From Callorhinchus milii (lineage: Eukaryota): a stretch of 64,000 nucleotides of DNA. Shown here in pieces: positions 1-9,679 of the stretch (position 1 is the stretch's first letter; the number at the start of each line of letters is the position of its first letter). The notes beneath the pieces are model-generated. The model did no database searches and was not told where the DNA came from. It worked only from the letters and a program-made list of their open reading frames with translations. The stretch lies in the NCBI RefSeq assembly GCF_018977255.1, contig NW_024704742.1, positions 71,860,001 through 71,924,000 of the forward strand. Reading direction: 5' to 3'. The position numbers were made by a program, and so were the translations under genes.

Positions 1-837
1 TGTCCCACCTATTGCCCAGCCTCAGCAAAAGATCCATCCTGACCCCCTGGATGGATTCCAGTGTGAAAGTTTAATGTCTGACCTGCTCAGACCCAATTCT
101 CTCCAAAGATGAACTTCATATAAAGCTCATACACGCTGCAGCTTGCACAGTCCGCAGTCATTGACATATGAGCTTTGGTTTGGTTCAGTCAGCTCAGCTG
201 AAGTGATTTGGCAGTGCAGCCCAGCATCCTGTTTGCCTTGTTTGTTGTTGCCTCACACTGTTTGGACATGCTGAGAGACAAGTCAGCTCACACTCCTGGG
301 TCTCTCTCAACTTCCCCCCTTGGCACGTTCTTTGTCTCCCGTCCATGGGGTAGAATAGGATAGGTTCCAGGGAACGTAACCTGAGCTGCAGGCTTTCACA
401 CTGCCCATGCTGCTCATCCGAGTGAGTGAGCGAGCAAAGGAGCAGTGCATTTTAAGTGCAGGAGAGGTGGGGGGGCCGGGGTGCCTTTGTGACTTATCTG
501 ATCTCTTGACATTATTCCAATTGTCTTGACCCATTCACACCACCGGCTGCTGCCACCCTTCAGCTGCGGGTCCTGTGAGCCATCCCTGGGGCTGTGACTG
601 CTGACCTCGTGGTTTCCTTTTATTGTGTTTGGATGTCATCAACCTGATTCAGCCGCCGGGCAGGTCAACAGTGGGAAGGCAGCTATCTACCTGGGGTGGG
701 GGCAGGCAAAGAGCTTTCTGGGGTCCGTCTCTCTGTGCCTTCTCTTGAACTATTTCTTAACCCCCCCCTCCCCTTTCTCATTCCCCTCTCTCACTATTTC
801 TTCTGTATTTGCCCATTTCTCTATTTACTCTATTTAT

Positions 838-1118
838 CTGTTTACCTAGCAGTAAGTAGGAGCCCGGTTGTTAGTCGATTGGTGAATCGCTTTCCGTGGC
901 TAATAAACCTTCCAACAAAAACATTTTTTCAATTTATGAAAATTAATTATCAATTTATGACTGTTTGTAGGATACTGCTGTGCACAATTAACTGCCGCAT
1001 TTCACCCACAAAAACAGTCAATTCATTTTACAATATATTCTGTGAAACGCTTTGAGATGTCTCAACAACATGATAAGGCGCTATATCAAATATATTATAG
1101 TTATTTTGATATTATTAT
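838..1118 (+). mobile_element. tRNA-derived SINE (family A), 5'-truncated copy
   Basis: Shares the body (ctgtttacctagcagtaagtagg...) and the L2-like tail (gtgaagcgctttgagac...ggcgctatatcaaat + TTA repeat) with more than 25 copies in the window. Confidence 0.85.
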
Positions 1119-2129
1119 GTCTCCCCCCTTGTTCTTTCTCTCCTCTAACTTCTCTCTCCTTTTTCATTTTCTTTCTATTTCTTTCACTTCCCCTATTTCT
1201 CATCTCTCTTCTTTCTATTCTCTCTCTCACTCTATCAAAGCTTTGTTCCAGGTTTATAGCAGTCTCCAATTTACGGTAATTCTTAATAAGAAATTTGTAA
1301 CTATTGAATTACACCAAACGTATTTAAAAAAAATTGTTTAGGATTTTTTTCATTACACAATTTCTTATTAAGAAATCAGTTAAGAAATACTGCAAACTAG
1401 ACCTCCTGAACTCTCATCAGGACATCCATCCGGCTGGCTTGTTGATTAGCATCCCTGATGCTAATTTGTCAATTTCCTTCATTAATGTGTGATGAGTGGA
1501 ATATTAGGACAGCTTTAATTGGGGCAGGTATGAGGGCAAATCTTTACTAAATGATCTGAAGGGTTAAATGTTGAATTAAGTGGCCCATAATGTTCTCTTT
1601 GAATGAGTGTTGTGTCCTGCGGATGGAACAATGGCAAGGCTGGACTTGATAATTACCTCCCACCAGGAGTTGTGCCCCTCACTGGCTGTTCCCATCTTCT
1701 CACACTTACACATGAAAATTGCTGCTTGCTATTTCAGAACTGCTTGATCTGACATGTCCTGCTCGTCCTGGTCTTGGGCTGAGCGGAGCCACTCTCCTGG
1801 CCAGTGCAGTGTCCCGGGTGGGGGGGGGGACTTTTTCCAGGAAACAACAACAACTTGCATTTATTTTGAGTCCTCGCGCAGGGTGGTGTCCCAGAGAGCT
1901 TGAAAGTAACGGTGCATGACCCCGAGGAGGGTGGAGGTGACTGTAGGCATGGATAAAGAGGAAAGTCTTCAGGCAAAAAACAACCAAAAATTGGTGACTT
2001 TGGAGCAGGATTGTTCCCTTAAAATTGGTGAGCTCTTAAATTATCCCTGCGATGCTCCAATTCTGGTCCTCTGTCATGGAGCACTTTCACTGTTCATCCT
2101 GTTTTTTAGGGGAGGTGGGTGTCAGCTTC

Positions 2130-2548
2130 CCACCTACACGTGGAAATCCCAGAGATAGATTGTTGGAATGGAATGTGCACTCTCTCCCTGGAAGGACACA
2201 TCGTGTTTACCTAATTGTGGATTAAGTATTACCTAATTCCAAAGCGTATTAAGTGCAAGTTGGCAAGAGCCAAGGCTTGGGGACCCCAGAGTGTGTGTTG
2301 AGGAAACTGCTGGAGTCTAACCAGCTAATACCGCATAACCTGCCATTGATAGCACTGTCTTGCAAGCTTTCCCGCTGATTGTCCAGCTAGGACCACCCTA
2401 CCCGTTAGAGCTTTGGCTTGCAGGGTTAACAGGAGCTGAGTGGGATGACTCCCTGGGTCCGCAGTATTCCAGGGCACTGCTGATGAAAGCCCAGCCTGGC
2501 TCATCGGCAGGACCTGGAAGGGCAGACCAGTCACTGGGGGCAGAGAGT
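2130..2548. repeat. Unclassified dispersed repeat with a hairpin cassette; other copies at ~6448-6800, 14950-15075, 40865-41120 and 43030-43300
   Basis: Direct sequence similarity among the copies, e.g. ctgctggagtctaaccagctaa and gctttggcttgcagggttaacagga. Confidence 0.75.
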
Positions 2549-2978
2549 TGCATTAATATATGCAGGGTAGCATCCCAGAACACTCGACAGCGGCAGAACA
2601 CGACGCTGAGCCGAGGGGAGGAGGAAGTAACCATAGCCACAGCCAAAGATGAAGGTTTTCAGGCTTGACATGAAGATGGGGAAGGAAGGGGCAAGGCGGA
2701 GGGATGGCGGCTGAAAGTGTGGCCACCAATAATGGAACGGAGGGCAAGAGGGACATGCAGAAGGCGTTTGGAGTATGGAAACTTGCCTAAGGTTTTGCCC
2801 CATCCAGGAATCAAATCTGGGTCCTTTCGCTTGCGAGGCGAGTGCTCTATTTTGATGTTTGGATGGAGGAGAAAGGATTAGAGGGAATGAGGCGGTGTGG
2901 AGGCCTGTTGGGCAGAATGGCATGTTTCTGTGCTCTTTGGTATGGAGTCACTGTTTTCTTTTTTTCTTTTTTTTTTAG

Positions 2979-3005
2979 CTCTGGGAAGCTCAGAAGATCA
3001 AGCAG
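2979..3005 (+). CDS. SFXN5: Sideroflexin-5 coding microexon (LWEAQKIKQ), phase 0/0; first SFXN5 exon recognisable in the window
   Basis: Long poly-T tract + AG at 2977-78 and GT donor at 3006. The translation matches the vertebrate SFXN5 segment LWSAQKIKQ. Confidence 0.92.
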
Positions 3006-3324
3006 GTGAGCTTTTAGTTTTTACTGGTTCACTCTTATCAGTGAGACTATACTGTATAGAATCAGAATCTTCCCCCCTGTCGCCCATCCCTCTGAGGCGG
3101 GGGGATGGGGAGCTGCGGGAGTGGCCTGTGAAGTGGGGGGGGTGCTCGGGAGGGGGCGGGGACGGGTGTTGTGAAGTGGGGTAGGGGGGCTGTGAGGCAG
3201 GGGGTGAGGTGAGGGAGGGTCCTGGGAGGTGGGTTGTGCGCAGGGAGGAACGAGGCTGGGGGAGGATTTTGTGAGGCAGGGAGGGGGGCAAGGGCTGTGA
3301 GGTGGGGAGCTTGGCGGAGGGTTT

Positions 3325-3645
3325 GTGAGACCTCTGCGACCATACCAATCTGTCTGCTCCCTCCGCTCACTGGCCTGCTCCACGTCCCCCGCCTGCCTGC
3401 CTGACCATCGGTGGTCGGCCCTCATCCTTTCTGCCGACCCTCTAGAACTCCATCCGGAGCCCTTAACCCTCACCCCCTCCCTTGCCTCCTTCAAGGTCCG
3501 TCTCAAGAACTTCCTCTTTGATCATGTCTTTGATCACTCTCCTACCCCCACCCCCTTGCCCCCCCACCCTTCTTTATCCCAACCCCCAGCTTGGGTACAA
3601 ACCCTTGACGTGAAAGGTGCTGCACAAATGTAATTTGTATTTGTG
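3325..3645 (+). mobile_element. L2-clade LINE 3' fragment
   Basis: Encodes the L2 ORF2 C-terminus (SLASFKVRLKNFLF), followed by the L2 tail ...gacgtgaaaggtgctgcacaaatgtaatttg. Confidence 0.8.
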
Positions 3646-3780
3646 TTGGGTGTACAGCGTCGAGATCTAGCTCACTGCCGCTCCCTGTCCTGATGTCTTG
3701 CCAACTGACAGTTACCTGAAATCAACGAGTCAGTGAATTGCGACTTCCTCTGAATCTCCATGCTTTCTCTTTTCTCTCAG

Positions 3781-3835
3781 GCCATCATACACCCAGACAC
3801 TAACCAAAAGATTTTTATGCCGTTCCGAATGTCAG
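3781..3835 (+). CDS. SFXN5: SFXN5 exon (AIIHPDTNQKIFMPFRMS-G), phase 0/1
   Basis: tttctctcag acceptor and g|gtaac donor. Contains the sideroflexin HPDT and FRMS motifs. Confidence 0.96.
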
Positions 3836-4396
3836 GTAACTCATCAACAACTTGCACTTATATAGCACCCTCCACGCAGGATAGCGTCTCAGAGCACTTA
3901 ATGGTGGGTGGTGACCGTAAGCACAGTCAAAAAGGAAGGTTTTCTTGAAAAAGTGGAAGGGGTGGGGGGACACAGTGTTTCTTTGAATAATCATCTCTCC
4001 CCCTTCTCTCCGAGAGAGAGAGAAAGCACTTCCACACACACTCGGGACCCCCATGCCTTGTTTCTCACCAACTTGCACTGAAGACTTTATTTAAGCAGAG
4101 CGTGTCCCACCAGAGGGAGAGTACCCATTCCATTCCTCAAACAGTGAAATTCCTGTGTGTAGGTGGCTAGTTTGGATACTGAACACAGTGATAGGTTTCC
4201 TCGTGCTGGACATCATGTTGACCAAAACAATCTCAGCAAATTGTGTACTCTCAGCGGGGGTGCAGAGCAGCGTGTGTTTTCCATGGGGGAGGCGGGGCGG
4301 GGGGGTGGAGAGAGAGAGAGAGAACGGACGGGAAACACTGGGAGAGAGAGGGAGCCAGCAAGCAGCGAGGTTTCATGGTCTGACTCTCTCTTGCAG

Positions 4397-4422
4397 GTTT
4401 CGTTCCCTTCGGAACCCCCATT
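4397..4422 (+). CDS. SFXN5: SFXN5 26-nt exon (G-FVPFGTPI), phase 1/0
   Basis: ttgcag acceptor and gtgagt donor. Matches SFXN5 GYIPFGTPI and the phase fits both neighbours. Confidence 0.93.
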
Positions 4423-4499
4423 GTGAGTATTTTTATTCTGTTTCAGTTGCATTTTACCCGTCCTTGTAAAGCGTTTGGAGGTGTCATTGTTGTTACTAT

Positions 4500-4830
4500 A
4501 AGTAATAATAATCTTGCATTTCATATAACGCTTTATCATGTCGTTGAGACGTCTCAGCGCTTCACAGGATATACTGTACATTTTGTGGGCAAAATGCAGC
4601 AGCCAGTTGCGCACAGCAGTTTCCTACAAACAGTCATGGATTGAAGGACCAATTTTTTTTGGAGTGGGGGAGAGGGATTATTACCCCCGGAAAACGATCG
4701 ACCAATCGATTAACTGGGTTCCTACTTACTGCAAGATAAACAGGCGTACGGACTAAGGAAACCTAAAGTTTCACCCTGCCTGGGAATCGAACACAGGTCC
4801 ACTTGCTTGGGGGAGTTCACTAACTATTCA
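4500..4830 (-). mobile_element. SINE family A, near full length
   Basis: Reverse complement of head, body and tail. Confidence 0.85.
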
Positions 4831-5026
4831 CTAACGTAGTGATGCAGTCGGACTCCACGTAGTGTCTCATCCCGACACTCGCTTGGTAATGGTCAGTTAT
4901 TAGCTGGCTCATATTGCCTCTGGGTGAGGTTGTGATTCAAGCCTTTGGACACTCACATTCATGGCTCACTTAATGGTCTCTTCCTGGGCTGCTCAGCTCT
5001 TCAATATCTACCTGTTTTCTCTGCAG

Positions 5027-5080
5027 GTTATTGGCCTTCTGCTACCAAACCAGACCTTGGCATCAACTATCTTCTGGCAG
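5027..5080 (+). CDS. SFXN5: SFXN5 exon (VIGLLLPNQTLASTIFWQ)
   Basis: ctgcag acceptor and gtaagg donor. Near-identical to SFXN5 VVGLLLPNQTLASTVFWQ. Confidence 0.96.
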
Positions 5081-5343
5081 GTAAGGAGCCCTGCACCGAG
5101 ACAGCCTCACATCATCACTCTGGATTCGGTCAGGCTGAGGCCGCATGTCATTTGTATTGGAAACCTTAGTTGGGAAGTCAGGTGATGGATCGAGACATCA
5201 GTCATGTTCAATAAGAGTGTAACCCATGCTGTCACTGACCTGGGAGTGTGGACAGACAGTGTAGAGGCAGCTTTACTCTGTCTCTGACCCGTGCTGTAGA
5301 GTGAGTTTGCATTAAAGAAATATGATGTTTCACTTTATTGCAG

Positions 5344-5400
5344 ACATTGAACCAGAGCCATAACGCCTGTGTGAATTATGCAAATAGGAACGCAAGCAAG
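5344..5400 (+). CDS. SFXN5: SFXN5 exon (TLNQSHNACVNYANRNASK)
   Basis: ttgcag acceptor and gtgaga donor. Contains the sideroflexin NQSxNAxVNYxNR motif. Confidence 0.96.
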
Positions 5401-6042
5401 GTGAGAGATTTACTATTTTACATAAAACTTCACGGCTGTTTTTTCTCCTGTCTGTCTTCAAACTTATGGAAACCAAATGGGGGAATTCACCTCAAAACCT
5501 CGAAGACTTTGACATCCTCCAATGGATCTCCATCACGGATTAAAGTCCTCATTGGATGGGGTGGGAGAGGTAATTGAGGGGATTATAGGGAGAAACTATG
5601 CCTGTTAGTTGGTAACTTGAAGGTATCAATTTTAGATCATTGTCAAAATAACAAAGGGAGTGGTGTGTGAGAATTTTCATTGTGCATATTGATCGCACAC
5701 AAAATACAGAGCAAGCCTGTTGGAAGGCTGGTGGATGAGGTTGCCTGTAACGTAGGTGTCTTGAGGATCCCTGGTTACCTGTAATGTAGCACACCAATGG
5801 CGTCGACCGGCTGGCTTCCTGCCGAGTATAGGAAGTCGATCAGTGTCTGCCGTCAGTGACATCAACGATGACCCAGAAGTCATTTTTTGGCAGATCTGTT
5901 ATACCTCAAGGATCTGAGACACTGTCGTGAAATGCTGTGTAAATCCCATTGAGATATCATCAGCACATTTGTGATGAGGAACTTTCACTCCGATCAATTT
6001 GTCTTACTCAACATGTTCCTTTTCCCTTCCATCCCTCTGCAG

Positions 6043-6108
6043 GTGACCTCCAGATTTACGTTCGCCCTGGGTTACTGTGGTGCTGTAACCAGCGCAGTCT
6101 CAATAGCG
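6043..6108 (+). CDS. SFXN5: SFXN5 exon (VTSRFTFALGYCGAVTSAVSIA)
   Basis: Pyrimidine tract + ctgcag acceptor and gtgagt donor. Its 22 codons align to [22 protein letters not shown]. Confidence 0.93.
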
Positions 6109-7678
6109 GTGAGTAACATTCAGTCTGCACCCAGAGAAAGTCAGCTGCTCATATGCTGGGGTGTGTAGTGTACACCAGTCAGTGTCTTGTCTGTTATTTG
6201 GGACATTGCTGTGCGCAATTGGCTGCCGCGTTCACCCACAAATATACAGTCAACTCAATGTGTGTTCTGTGAAGCGCTTTGGGACGTCCTCCCGACGTGA
6301 AAAGCGCTATATCAAATGCAAGGATTATTATTATTATTATTATTCTCCTCGGGGTTGAACTTGCTCCAAGGTGACATTTCTGGCAACAGAATATCAGAAT
6401 CGAGTCCACTCCCTGTGGCCGTGTCTAGTCTGGCTCCTGAGCCAGGTGGATCCACAGTATTCCAGTGCACTACTGATGACAGCCCAGCCTAACTCATCGG
6501 CAGGACTTGGGAGGGCAGACCAGTCACTGGGGGAAGCTCCTGTTAAACCAGAAAGCCAAAGCCCTAACAGTAAGGATGATCCTAGCTGGACAAGCAGCAG
6601 GAAAACCTGCCAGGCAGTGTTCCCAACAGGCAAATGCAGTTTTAGCTGGTTAAATTCTAGCAGGCACCCCAACTGCTCCTGGGATCTCCAAAACTTGGCT
6701 CTTGGCAATCTGTGACTAATACTCTCCAGAATGAGGTAAGCAGGGTGCATCTCTCCATGGAGAGAGAAAGCTTTGTTTCATCCAAACACCGGTAAATTTC
6801 CATAATCGTGCACAGTTTTAAATTTAAGTCAGGTGGTCTGAAGGCTAAAACTTTAGAATTTAATATTAAAGGGCTTACCATCTTCCTGTTTGACATTGCA
6901 GGCTGCAGTCTTAGGGTAGCTCTCCCTGGGCATGGAGTCCTATAGTGTATTGGTTAATTGTTAGTCGATTGTCACGATCGCTTTCTGGGGTAATAATTAC
7001 TTCAAAAAATAATAATTTGTGGGACACTGCTGTACGCAATTGGCTGCCGTGTTTCACCCACAAAATATAGTCAGTTCACTTTACAGTATATTCAGTGAAA
7101 CATTTGAGATGTCTCAACGACATGATAAAGTGCTATATGCAAGAATTATTATATTATTGTGTTGGATTCAGGGATCCCTGGCAGGTGATGGCCGTGCAAT
7201 GCAGTGAATCCGCTTTTATTTCTGATGAAATATTTCCATTTATTTTTCTCGCTCCTTGCGCGGTTCTAGTTAATCCTACGAGGTCTGTCTGTGTGCTCCC
7301 CGATAATGGTTTGTGAGCGGTATGGCGGCACCGTGTGTGATTCTAGCCACACAGCTCATTGCAGCTTTTCGCACTGTGCTGAGAGAGAGAGAGCAGGGTG
7401 TCTGCCACCAGCTGAGCCAGGCACAGCCCCTACTGGCACTTCCACATAACATCCAGCCCACCATCCTCTGATTGCTGCACTGAATCACACAGGTGTGAGC
7501 AACAGTGTGGTGCTACCTGGGAGTGAGATATAGGCTGGAATCTAATGCAGGAGTTTTCGGGGGGGAGGGGGGGCGTATACAGAATCACACCCCCCTCCAG
7601 GAGTGAGGTACAGGCTAGAATCTAATCCAGGTTTCGGGGGATGATTTCCCTCTCCCCCTCTCTCCTGCCCTTTTTCAG

Positions 7679-7769
7679 GTGGGCCTCAATCGTTTCATCC
7701 AGAAAACCAAACAGTTCAGCCCAGCCGCCAGGTTACTGATCCAGAGGTTTGTGCCGTTCCCTGCAGTGG
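7679..7769 (+). CDS. SFXN5: SFXN5 exon ([31 protein letters not shown]), phase 0/1
   Basis: tttttcag acceptor and g|gtgagt donor. Contains the RFVPFPAV sideroflexin motif. Confidence 0.96.
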
Positions 7770-7889
7770 GTGAGTCACACAGCCCATCACTCTTATGGCT
7801 CTCAATTCAGTTCAGTTGCAGGGAGCCACTTGTTGTTCATCTCCAGGCACATATATAGAGGGGAGATGAAGATATGTAGGAAAGAACAA

Positions 7890-8340
7890 CCACAAATTAC
7901 ATTTATATTGCACCTTTCATGTCGGGAGGACGTCCCAAAGCGCTGGACAGTCAAGGAATTGGATGCAAGCTGGTGGTTGGGTTCAGGGGGGATGGAGGGC
8001 AGGGAAAGTGGGGATGGGAAGATGACCAAAGTCACGGTCGAAGAGGAAGGTCTTGAGACGTGCCTTGAAGGATGCAAGGGAGAGTGAAAGGTGGAGGGAC
8101 TGTGGGATGGAGTTCTCGTGGGCATGGGCTGAAAGCCTGACTGCCGATGGGTTGGCAGGGTGGGGACATGGAGCACGCCAGAGCCCACCGAGCAGAGAGA
8201 GTTAGATATCACACAGGTAGGGAGGAGCAAGGACGTGGAGGGCTTTGAAAGTGAGGACTAGGATTTTGAACTCTATCCTCTGGGGGATGGGGGGGAGCTA
8301 ATGGAGCCAGGCGAAGGTGGGTGTGATAGGTTCACAATCT
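7890..8340 (-). mobile_element. L2 LINE 3' fragment
   Basis: L2 tail at ~7890 and L2 ORF2 C-terminal sequence (aaatcctagtcctcactttcaaagcc). Confidence 0.8.
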
Positions 8341-8825
8341 TTTTTAATAAATGTCTCAATGATGTGATGGTCGGGCTGGGATCAGATTGGCTGAGGGGTT
8401 TATTATTCTAATCTCCCTGGTGATCTTGGGAAAGGTGCGCTGCAACAATGTAAGTTCTTGTCTGCTCTCAGGCCTGCTCTGGTGGTGCTGGGAGCCACTG
8501 ACTGTCCCAGCTGGGTGATGCCAGCTTGCTTTGTTGCCTTATGATTGTGGAGCTGCCGTGGCCGAGGGTCCAGGGTTGTGAAGGCTCTGGGGAGGCCAGG
8601 GTCTGCTTATGGGTTAGAATGCTCATTAAATAGTTTTATTAATTCTACCCCATTGGATTTTTATCCCCCAAAAGTACCTCCCCCCCCCATTCCCCTCCTC
8701 TCTCTCCCCCATTCCCCTCCCCCCCCATTCCCTTCCTCTCTCCCCCCACCACCCCCCTCCTCTTACCTTACCCTGTCTTCCCCAGCTCAACATTGAGCTC
8801 CCCACTGTTAAGTGCTCTGAGACAC

Positions 8826-9670
8826 TACAACAACAACATTACATTTGTATAGCGCCATTGACGTCAGAAGGACATCACAAGGCTCTGGACAATCAGTGTT
8901 TTGGACCCCGAGCTGGGGGACAGGATTGGGGAGAGCGGAAGGCAGAGGGGGAATGAGGGTGACCGAAGGCACCCTCAAAGAGGAGCGTCTTGAGACACGT
9001 CTTGAAGGAGGCAAGGCAGGGGGCGAGGCGGAGGGACTACGGGATGGAGTTTGAGAGGGTAGGGGTAGAGTGGCTGGAGGCCCACCCACCAATGGTGGGC
9101 CGTGCAAGGCGGGGGACATGAAGCAGTTTAGAGCCCGCTGAGTGGAGGGAGCGGGCAGGGTGGTAGGGAGTTAAAAGGTCACAGAGGTAGGGGGGAGCAA
9201 GGCCATGGAGGGTGTGAAGGTGCGGAGCAGGATCTTGAACTGTATCCCCTGTGTGTTGGGAAGCCAGTGGAGTCGGGCGAGGATGGGGGTAATAGGGTCA
9301 TGGAGCCTGGTGCGGGAAAGGACATGGGCTGCAGATTCCTGGATGATCTGCAGCCTATGGAGGGAGGAGTTGGGGAGGCCGACATCCAGAGAGTTTGCGT
9401 TGTCGAGCCTGGAGTAATGAATGCATGTATGAGGTTCTCATCGGCCTGCGGTGTGAGATAGTGGCAGAGCCAAGTGATTTTTGCGGAGATGGGGCAAGGC
9501 GGAGAGGGTCACGGCGCAGATCTGGGGTATAAAGGACATTTGAGAGTCGAACAGGACGCAAAGGTTCCGTATTGGCTCCATGAAAAGTAGAGTCCATCCA
9601 TAGAGGCAGATGGTGTCAGCGCCGAGGTCTGGAGTCGCTGATGGGAGCCAAGCAGGAGGGCGTCGGTCTT
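8826..9670 (-). mobile_element. L2 LINE 3' ~0.85 kb fragment
   Basis: (CAA)n tail; sequence collinear with the adjacent L2 copy. Confidence 0.85.
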
Positions 9671-9679
9671 GTGAACATT

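Noticed and set aside
2476..2512. Hammerhead ribozyme or SECIS element (CTGATGA motif)
   Set aside because: CTGATGA is paired within the stem. There is no downstream GAAA core and no tandem G-A quartet.
1..2978. SFXN5 first coding exons
   Set aside because: No matching peptide with splice sites was found, so they presumably lie upstream of the window.
5971..6040. Intronic C/D snoRNA (GTGATGA)
   Set aside because: No D box or terminal stem before the next exon.
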